From: Nitrososphaerota archaeon
GTDB taxonomy: Archaea; Thermoproteota; Nitrososphaeria; Nitrososphaerales; UBA57
Length of the DNA stretch: 20,809 bases
NCBI GenBank assembly: GCA_013378385.1
Contig: JACAFS010000014.1
Location: 1 to 20,809, forward strand
Direction: 5' to 3'
Position 1 is the stretch's first letter, and every line of letters begins with the position of its first letter. A program made the translations under genes and the position numbers. This document shows, piece after piece, positions 14,608-20,809 of this stretch. The notes under the pieces are model-generated. The model was not told the origin of the DNA. It was given only the letters and a program-made list of their open reading frames with translations, and did not search any database.

Positions 14608-15927
14608 TTATCCCAAGCCTATTGCATGGTATTCTAATTTGTTGAATTGTTTCTTCGAAAAGATTCTACGACCGTCAATTATAAGTGGCCTTTTCATCAA
14701 TCGAATAAAATCTTTAGGTTTGAGCATTTTGAATTCTTTCCATTCAGTCACAATAATACAGCAATCTGAATTGCGTATACAAGACTCTGAATCTTTCGCG
14801 TAGGTGATAGAACTTCCAAATATTCTCTTCGTATTATTATTTGCTATAGGGTCGTAGACTCTGACTTTAGCCTTCTTGTCTAACAATCTCTTGATAATTT
14901 TAATTGACGTAGCGTCACGTATGTCATCAGTTTCAGGTTTAAACGCAAGTCCTAGAATCGATATCCTTTTTCCTTCTAATTGGCCTAATTCTTTATTCAA
15001 AATATTAAACACACTCATAAATTGCGTATCGTTAATCGCTAATACTGACTGTAAAATTTCTGAATTAACGCCTAACTCCTTACTAAAAGCAATTAATGCT
15101 TTAACGTCTTTCGGAAAACATGATCCACCAAAACCCAAGCCTGCATTAAGAAATGACTCAGAAATTCTTTTATCCATGCCAATTGCATTTTTAATCTCAT
15201 TCACATCTCCATCTGGTATTCGTTCGGCTATTCTTGATATATAGTTCATAAAACTGATTTTCGTTGCCAATAATGAATTGTTTGCGTATTTAATTAGTTC
15301 AGCATTGCTTGGCGTTGTATAAACTATTGGAAGATTCTTCCTATAGATTTTTTTGAATAATTTATAAATAATTTTTTTATCTTTCTCTGAATTTACTCCA
15401 ACTACAATCTTGTCTGGTCTTAGTGTATCATTTATTGCACTACCCTCTTGCAAAAATTCTGGATTGACTATTACTCCAAAGTGTATTGAATTCTTTTTTC
15501 TTGAATGTTTTTCTAAATTGTCTATTATCTTTAATGCCGTTCCAGGAACAACGGTACTTTTTATAACAATTACAAAATATTCTTCTATATCCTTTATTGC
15601 AATTGCTATATCTTTTGACGCTTGTTCTATATATTTCAAATCTATCGAACCATTTTTCCGACTTGGTGTACCTACTGTAAGAAATATTATCTTTGCTTTT
15701 GTCACATCTGCCACTTTTCTGCTTAACGATAATCTATTCTTTTTGATGGCTTTTTCTAGTAATTCATTCATATATTTCTCATGAATTGGAGAATCTGCAT
15801 TCTTTATCCTGTTTATTTTCTTACTATCGATATCTACACCTAACACATTTATTCCTCTATCTGCAAAGCAAACGGCTGTAGAAAGTCCTACATAACCTAA
15901 ACCCACAAAAGCCACGTCGTATTCCAT
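14608..15927 (-). CDS. ugd: UDP-glucose 6-dehydrogenase (UDP-glucose/GDP-mannose dehydrogenase family)
   Basis: 439 aa. It has the N-terminal Rossmann motif VAFVGLGYVGLSTAVCFA, the catalytic-Cys motif GFGGSCFPKD and a C-terminal UDP-binding domain (ILGLAFKPETDDIRD). Confidence 0.8.
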   Translation of the reverse strand: MEYDVAFVGLGYVGLSTAVCFADRGINVLGVDIDSKKINRIKNADSPIHEKYMNELLEKAIKKNRLSLSRKVADVTKAKIIFLTVGTPSRKNGSIDLKYIEQASKDIAIAIKDIEEYFVIVIKSTVVPGTALKIIDNLEKHSRKKNSIHFGVIVNPEFLQEGSAINDTLRPDKIVVGVNSEKDKKIIYKLFKKIYRKNLPIVYTTPSNAELIKYANNSLLATKISFMNYISRIAERIPDGDVNEIKNAIGMDKRISESFLNAGLGFGGSCFPKDVKALIAFSKELGVNSEILQSVLAINDTQFMSVFNILNKELGQLEGKRISILGLAFKPETDDIRDATSIKIIKRLLDKKAKVRVYDPIANNNTKRIFGSSITYAKDSESCIRNSDCCIIVTEWKEFKMLKPKDFIRLMKRPLIIDGRRIFSKKQFNKLEYHAIGLG

Positions 15928-15949
15928 ACATATTCTGATGATACATTGA

Positions 15950-15957
15950 AATAAATG
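15950..15957. promoter_or_regulatory. Central A/T-rich TATA-like element (AAATAAAT) in the 58-nt ugd/galU divergent spacer
   Basis: Its centre lies about 27 nt from the ugd ATG (15927) and about 32 nt from the galU GTG (15986). The compact geometry matches 13133..13187. This is a weaker TATA match. Confidence 0.3.
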
Positions 15958-15985
15958 GATTATGAGAATATTATAGGGGTTAATA

Positions 15986-16864
15986 GTGTTAAAGAAAGTA
16001 GTTATTCCTGTAGCAGGTCGTGGAACTCGATTACTTCCTACTACAAAAGTTCAACCCAAAGAAATGCTTCCTGTTTTTTCTTCGTTTAAAGGCGATATAT
16101 TACTAAAACCAATGGTTCAGCTTATCTTTGAACAATTATTTGATTTTGGTATTCGTGATTTCTGTTTTATTGTTGGCCAAGAAAAACGCGCTATTAAAGA
16201 TCATTTTTCTCTAGATTATCCATATCTTGACGCCCTATCTAACAAAAAAAATAATATTTCATATAAAGATATGAAATTATTTTACAAACGCATAGAAAAG
16301 TCAAATATTACTTGGATTAATCAAAGTCATCAATTAGGTTATGGACATGCTGTTTCATTAGCTTCTTCTTTTGTTGGTAACGATGATTTCATTTTACATG
16401 CTGGTGATACCTTGATCGTACAACCAAATAGACAACATCTTACTGTCTTGAATAAATTATCTAGTAAATCTGATTGTGTTGTAGCATTAGAGAAAATTTC
16501 TGAACCAAGTGCGTATGGTGTCGTAATCGGCAAACGCACAAAAAAATATTCTCTTCCTTTAAATGAAAAAGTATACGAAGTAACTCAAGCTGTTGAAAAA
16601 CCATCTAAAAAAATTTCTAACCTTGCTATTATGGCATTAAATAAGTTTACTCCTGATGTCATGAAAATTTTAAAGAAAATCCCTTCTGGATATGGAGGAG
16701 AAATACAGATTACTGATGCAATACAGTATATGATTGATTCAAAGATGGATGTTTTGGGATATGAATATCATCATTCTTGTACACGGCTTGATATTGGCAC
16801 ACCAGATACTTATTGGCATGCTCAACAATCTTCTAAAAAACTTGCTACTAAAGGTTGGATGTAA
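15986..16864 (+). CDS. galU: UTP--glucose-1-phosphate uridylyltransferase (GalU-type sugar-1-phosphate nucleotidyltransferase)
   Basis: 292 aa. [35 protein letters not shown] and GEIQITDAI match E. coli GalU ([43 protein letters not shown]) by eye. A GTG start is required because the conserved G-loop precedes the first Met. Confidence 0.75.
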   Translation: [292 protein letters not shown]

Positions 16865-17869
16865 TTGAGCGACATAATAAATTCTGACATAGCAACCCTT
16901 CTATCTGACAACAAAAAATTTCGTATCTCAGATAAACAATTCTTGATTACTGGAGGTGCGGGTTTCTTAGGAAGTTGGTTGTGTGACCTTCTAATAGCAA
17001 AGAATGCTCGAGTATATTGTATTGATAATCTATCTTCTGGCCGTGCTGAAAATATTAAACATCTATTGAAGAATAAATCTTTTGTTTTTAAAAAACACGA
17101 CATCACAAAAAATACTCTTAATGTAAAACCCGATTATATTTTTCATTTAGCTAGTAGACCCTCTCCAGACGATTATCTAAATAATGCAATACAAACTATT
17201 GATGTGAATACTGAAGGAACTAGAAAAATTCTTGAACTCACCAGAAAAACTGATGCAAAACTTCTATTCACTTCTACTTCCGAAGTCTATGGCGAGGCAA
17301 CTGTCTTTCCAACTCCTGAAAGTTATTATGGAAACGTAAATCCATCTGGACCTAGATCATGTTACGACGAAAGTAAACGATTATGTGAATCTCTATGCAT
17401 GGCTTACAACAGAACCTATGGCCTTGATTTGCGAATTGTAAGATTATTCAATACATACGGCCCAAGACTTCGTGGCGATGGCAATTATGGCAGAGCGTTA
17501 TCTAGATTCATTTGGCAATCTATAAACAATCAAAGAATTACTATCTGGGGAAATGGAAAACAAACACGATCATTTTGTTATATTACGGATATGATTAATG
17601 GATTAATGGCTTCTTTACTTGTTAAAAGAACCAAAGGCGAAACCATTAACCTCGGAAATCCTAAAGAAACACGAATTATTGACTTGGCAAATATGGTCAT
17701 TAAGTTAACCGACAGTAAATCTGAAGTTAAATATTTACCAATGCCTGACAACGACCCTCGACGTCGTTTACCAAAAATCACTAAAGCCAGACAAATAATT
17801 GGCTTCACTCCTCGTGTTAAACTTAATCAAGGACTTTCTAAAACTATTGAATGGCAAATAGATAGATAA
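16865..17869 (+). CDS. uxs: UDP-glucuronate decarboxylase (UDP-xylose synthase), extended SDR
   Basis: 334 aa. Motifs: ITGGAGFLGSWLCDLL, TSTSEVYG, YDESKR (YxxxK), and the RLFNTYGPR… region typical of UXS enzymes. A TTG start follows the galU TAA directly (TAATTG). No ATG precedes the Rossmann motif. Confidence 0.7.
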   Translation: MSDIINSDIATLLSDNKKFRISDKQFLITGGAGFLGSWLCDLLIAKNARVYCIDNLSSGRAENIKHLLKNKSFVFKKHDITKNTLNVKPDYIFHLASRPSPDDYLNNAIQTIDVNTEGTRKILELTRKTDAKLLFTSTSEVYGEATVFPTPESYYGNVNPSGPRSCYDESKRLCESLCMAYNRTYGLDLRIVRLFNTYGPRLRGDGNYGRALSRFIWQSINNQRITIWGNGKQTRSFCYITDMINGLMASLLVKRTKGETINLGNPKETRIIDLANMVIKLTDSKSEVKYLPMPDNDPRRRLPKITKARQIIGFTPRVKLNQGLSKTIEWQIDR

Positions 17870-17945
17870 CAGGCCCGGAGAGACTTGAACTCCCGATCTC
17901 CAGCTCCGCAAGCTGACGCCTTAATCCAATCTAGGCTACGGGCCT
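17870..17945 (-). tRNA. tRNA-Arg (anticodon GCG), 76 nt including discriminator G; no intron, no encoded CCA
   Basis: The reverse complement folds as a cloverleaf. The acceptor stem is AGGCCCG/CGGGCCT (7 bp). The D stem is GCCT/AGGC, with a GG-containing 11-nt loop. The anticodon stem is TCAGC/GCTGG, with loop TT-GCG-GA. The variable loop is 5 nt (AGATC). The T stem is GGGAG/CTCTC, with loop TTCAAGT. The 3' end abuts the uxs stop codon (17867..17869) with no spacer. Confidence 0.9.
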
Positions 17946-17970
17946 ATACATACAGTTTGTAATCACTAGA

Positions 17971-17978
17971 ATATAAAA
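17971..17978 (-). promoter_or_regulatory. TATA box (TTTTATAT on the minus strand) about 29 nt upstream of the tRNA 5' end
   Basis: The spacing fits the archaeal TATA-to-TSS distance. The element sits in the middle of the 65-nt spacer, and the GTG 18011 of the plus-strand gene lies about 36 nt away, so it may be shared. Confidence 0.45.
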
Positions 17979-18010
17979 TCAAATATAGATGCAAACGATT
18001 TATAGATATT

Positions 18011-19291
18011 GTGAGTTTGCTTAAAACAAAGGAATACGTCATTTCATTTATATCGCAATCTATAGGAATTCCAAACGGGTTGGAATCCATATATGAAGAC
18101 ATTCCTGACGATATAGTTAAACAGATATCTGTTGCACTAACGGGGAAAGACGTACACACAGAAACTTTTGAAGAGGACGATTCTCCAATAGTTGATGAAT
18201 TCATACAATGGGCTCAAGAAGTTTATGAAGAAGTGTGTAAAGAAAACAATATTCCTGCAGTTTGGAAAAGTAAATGGCCGAATAATAAAAGGTTTGCAGT
18301 TGCATTAACACATGATTCAGATAGTATTGAGGTTACAGAAGAACATTTACAAAAAGTTAAAGATCGTTTTAGTGAAAGCGATTTAAAGGAAGCATTAGAA
18401 GGACGAAAGAATTTATATTGGAATATAGAAAGAATCAAAGAAGTTGAAGATAAATTTAGATTCAAATCGTCTTTTTATTTTCTAACAAGTGAATATAATG
18501 TTGAACAATACAAGGATGTTTTGGACGAATTAATGAAGAATGGTTGGGAGATAGGATTACATGCAGGATTTGGCACACACGATAATGAAGATAAGATGAA
18601 AGAAGATATCGTAGAATTCAAGAAACAATTAGGATATAGACCAAGAGGCGTGCGTGAACATTACTTACAATTTGATTATCATAAAACATTAGATTTCTTA
18701 GAAAGAAATGAATTTGTATATGATACTACATTGGGTTTTAGAGAACATCCCGGTTTCTTTTTAGGAACATCTATGCCATTTTATCCTCCAAAAGAGAATT
18801 GGGAAAGAAGAGAGATAATAGAGTTACCATTAATCATAATGGACACAAGTTTATGGGGATACATGGATCTAGATGAAGAATCTGGAATGAAAATAATAGA
18901 ATATTACATTGCAAATATCAAAAAGTTCGGCGGCCTTCTCACAATATTATGGCATCAAGAGGCATTTTTGATGAAAAAAGGCGAGATTTATACACGTATT
19001 TTAGAAAAATTATCTAAAGAAAATTGCTTTGTATCATCGGGAATCACTATCGCAGAATGGTGGAACAATAGAAACAATTTCGAGATATCAATCGTCGAAG
19101 ATAGCCAAAAAGGGTGGAAATGCATTATAACCAATGCCGCAAAGGGCATGTGCATAGAAGCAAAGATTTTTGACTTAACAAAGAGTATTTCAATTAATGG
19201 ACCGGGAAGAATAATTGATAAATCAGAAGCTGATGGAGAAATACATTATAGTATTGAATTAGAAGGAGATTGTGAGTTATTTTATGTCTAA
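18011..19291 (+). CDS. Cytoplasmic polysaccharide-deacetylase-like (CE4/NodB-homology) protein with an N-terminal extension of about 90 aa
   Basis: 426 aa with no signal peptide. FAVALTHDSDS corresponds to the TFDD-type motif. GWEIGLHAGFGTH is a His-His metal motif with divergent spacing. RGVREHYLQFDYHKTLDFLERNEFVYDTT corresponds to the RxPY…GfxYDSS region, and LLTILWH is a late His motif. The start is GTG 18011, or TTG 18017. Confidence 0.55.
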   Translation: MSLLKTKEYVISFISQSIGIPNGLESIYEDIPDDIVKQISVALTGKDVHTETFEEDDSPIVDEFIQWAQEVYEEVCKENNIPAVWKSKWPNNKRFAVALTHDSDSIEVTEEHLQKVKDRFSESDLKEALEGRKNLYWNIERIKEVEDKFRFKSSFYFLTSEYNVEQYKDVLDELMKNGWEIGLHAGFGTHDNEDKMKEDIVEFKKQLGYRPRGVREHYLQFDYHKTLDFLERNEFVYDTTLGFREHPGFFLGTSMPFYPPKENWERREIIELPLIIMDTSLWGYMDLDEESGMKIIEYYIANIKKFGGLLTILWHQEAFLMKKGEIYTRILEKLSKENCFVSSGITIAEWWNNRNNFEISIVEDSQKGWKCIITNAAKGMCIEAKIFDLTKSISINGPGRIIDKSEADGEIHYSIELEGDCELFYV

Positions 19292-20360
19292 AAATATTTT
19301 GGTTACAGGTTCTGGCGGGATCGGCGGAGTAAATTTTGTCAATGCATTGAAGATTGCAAAGAGAGAATACATAATTTCAGGAACTGATTTTAACAAATAT
19401 TATTTAGAGTTACCGAATCTAGATTCCAAATACAGAACACCAAGACATACAGATCCTAAATTTCTAGAGAAGATTAAAGAAATAATTGATAAAGATAAAA
19501 TTGACTTTCTACATCCAAGTCCACATTCTGAAGCTAGTGTAATTGCAAAGGAGATAGATCAGATAAACACCGCCACATATTTGCCTAGATACGACATCAT
19601 AATTAGAGATAAATTACAAACTCAGGAGATTTTAAAAAGAAACGACGTTCCTGTAGCAAAAACCGAAACAGTGAATTCTTTAGATGAAGTCGAACACACA
19701 AAGGAAAAATTCAAAGATGAGAAAGTTTGGGTGCGAATGAAAAGCGGCGCAGGAGGAAAATTAAGTTTATTGTGTGAGACTGTAGAACAAATACAAGATT
19801 GGATTAGAATATGGGTGAATAGAGGAATTGCAGAACATTCAGATTTTATGATTCAAGAGTATCTTCCAGGTAGAAATATTGCATGTGATAGCTTATGGCA
19901 TGATGGAAAATTAATTGCTTCATTTACAAGAGAGAGATTAGAATATCCATTCAAACATATTTCCCCATCAGGAATTACTGGAACACCGACTGTATCTCGA
20001 ATTGTTATAGATGAAAATGTAAATGATATTTCTAAGAAAGCAATCCTGTCGTCAGATCCAAAGCCTCATGGAAGTTATGCCGTTGATCTGAAAGGCGATG
20101 TAAAAGACAATCCAATCGTAACTGAAATTGATTCAGGAAAATTCCACACTACTACTGCGTTGTGGGGAATAGTATCAGACAGATTAGGATTAGATTCTAA
20201 GAAAAACTTGGCAGATTATTATTGCGCAATAGGAATGAATTTAGTAGAACCAGAAAGTCTTGGTACCGATATCTATCCAGATGACCTATATTTAATCAGG
20301 CATATAGACACAGGAACATGGATTTGGAAAGAAGATGGATACAAGGTAAAGATACTTTGA
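19284..20360 (+). CDS. ATP-grasp family ligase
   Basis: About 358 aa from ATG 19284 (MSKNILVTGSGGIGG…). The track's GTG 19272 adds 4 codons. It has a pre-ATP-grasp Rossmann-like N-domain, VWVRMKSGAGGKLS (Lys plus Gly-rich loop), MIQEYLPGRNIACD (hinge, the EYxPG type) and VTEIDSGKF (Mg/ATP-binding Glu region). The ATG overlaps the upstream stop by 8 nt. Confidence 0.6.
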   Translation: MSKNILVTGSGGIGGVNFVNALKIAKREYIISGTDFNKYYLELPNLDSKYRTPRHTDPKFLEKIKEIIDKDKIDFLHPSPHSEASVIAKEIDQINTATYLPRYDIIIRDKLQTQEILKRNDVPVAKTETVNSLDEVEHTKEKFKDEKVWVRMKSGAGGKLSLLCETVEQIQDWIRIWVNRGIAEHSDFMIQEYLPGRNIACDSLWHDGKLIASFTRERLEYPFKHISPSGITGTPTVSRIVIDENVNDISKKAILSSDPKPHGSYAVDLKGDVKDNPIVTEIDSGKFHTTTALWGIVSDRLGLDSKKNLADYYCAIGMNLVEPESLGTDIYPDDLYLIRHIDTGTWIWKEDGYKVKIL

Positions 20361-20809
20361 TTGAACTAGTTATTTTTGATTTAGATGGAACACTAATTAA
20401 ATTACCTGTAAGATATGATTGGCTTAGAACTGAATTAAAAGACAAATTTAAGATAGAAGGGGAATTCTTCCTTATACCTATGATAGTAGATAGTACAAAA
20501 GGAAAAGACGAACTAAAAAGAGACGCATTTGAACTTATTTGTAAAGAAGAATGTAATTCAATAAATAATTTAGAGATTCATGAAGGCGCAATAGAAGTAA
20601 TAAAAGAAATCCATGCTCGAAATAAGAAACTTGCAATGGTAACTCTACAATGCGAACGCGCTGCAAATCAGATTCTAGAGATTATGGGTGTAGAGAATCT
20701 ATTTTCAAACATATTTACAAGAGACAATTATACCAACCGGTACGACCAAATAATACATACAATGAAAAAATTCGATGTTGATGCACTTGAAACATTGATG
20801 ATTGGCGAT
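20357..20809 (+). CDS. HAD-superfamily hydrolase/phosphatase; C-terminus lies beyond the window edge
   Basis: The frame is open from TTG 20357 to the window end (151 codons). It reads LIELVIFDLDGTLI (motif I, DxDGT), LAMVTLQ (motif II Thr) and ends in …LMIGD (motif III/IV region). The TTG overlaps the ATP-grasp TGA (TTGA). It is not in the supplied track because it has no stop in the window. Confidence 0.65.
   Translation, partial: MIELVIFDLDGTLIKLPVRYDWLRTELKDKFKIEGEFFLIPMIVDSTKGKDELKRDAFELICKEECNSINNLEIHEGAIEVIKEIHARNKKLAMVTLQCERAANQILEIMGVENLFSNIFTRDNYTNRYDQIIHTMKKFDVDALETLMIGD

Noticed and set aside
15986-16864. The nucleotidyltransferase could be the missing HddC of the heptose pathway.
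   Set aside because: Its length (292 aa) and motifs (VEKP, [8 protein letters not shown], the extended GalU-type G-loop with KEMLP) match UTP-glucose-1-phosphate uridylyltransferases, not the short (about 230 aa) HddC/GMP-type enzymes. It is also contiguous with uxs and divergent from ugd, which fits the UDP-xylose route.
17870-20809. The region downstream of the tRNA could be a tRNA-targeted integrated element.
   Set aside because: There is no integrase or recombinase, I could find no duplicated copy of the tRNA 3' end by eye, and GC and coding style match the rest of the flanks. The cassette looks like ordinary glycan or metabolite biosynthesis.
1-20809. I searched for CRISPR arrays, transposons/IS elements, rRNA, toxin-antitoxin pairs and known defence-system signatures.
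   Set aside because: I saw no regularly spaced direct repeats, no terminal inverted repeats, no transposase, integrase, nuclease, helicase or ATPase motifs typical of defence systems, and no rRNA-like sequence on either strand. Apart from the tRNA, the QueF-like pair and a few unassigned ORFs, the recognisable gene content is envelope or glycan-related.

Overview
This is an AT-rich, archaeal-looking cell-envelope and glycosylation locus. Hand counts of a few 60-nt lines give about 28-30% GC outside the two surface-protein genes. Several features fit a marine thaumarchaeon (Nitrosopumilales-like), but taxonomy cannot be proven from this sequence alone. These features are TATA boxes about 27 nt upstream of start codons, many tightly coupled genes with TTG or GTG starts, and an intron-less tRNA-Arg(GCG) without an encoded CCA.

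The centrepiece (3852..9207, + strand) is a gene pair. The first gene encodes a 1399-aa secreted, Thr/Ser/Asn-rich repeat protein with no membrane anchor, a probable S-layer glycoprotein. A 367-379-aa protein follows 52 nt later. It has a signal peptide, two beta-rich domains, an acidic Ala/Asp-rich helical segment and a single C-terminal TM helix. This outer-lattice-plus-membrane-stalk arrangement recalls SlaA/SlaB of Sulfolobales and is the most interesting candidate system in the window.

Sugar-nucleotide genes surround the pair:
- A heptose operon, hddA-gmhA-gmhB-GT2 (1..2489, -).
- A polytopic GT-C-like membrane protein (2581..3663, +).
- A five-gene operon for a modified or C-methylated sugar (9402..13132, -).
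- A GT2-like gene (13188..13955, +).
- A complete UDP-xylose route, ugd / galU-uxs (14608..17869).
- A cysteine-free QueF-like T-fold protein overlapping a small zinc-ribbon ORF (13961..14570, -).
- After the tRNA, a cassette of a CE4-deacetylase-like gene, an ATP-grasp gene and a HAD hydrolase gene (18011..20809, +).

I saw no CRISPR array, transposase, integrase or rRNA. All functional calls rest on motif recognition by eye, and no database search was possible.
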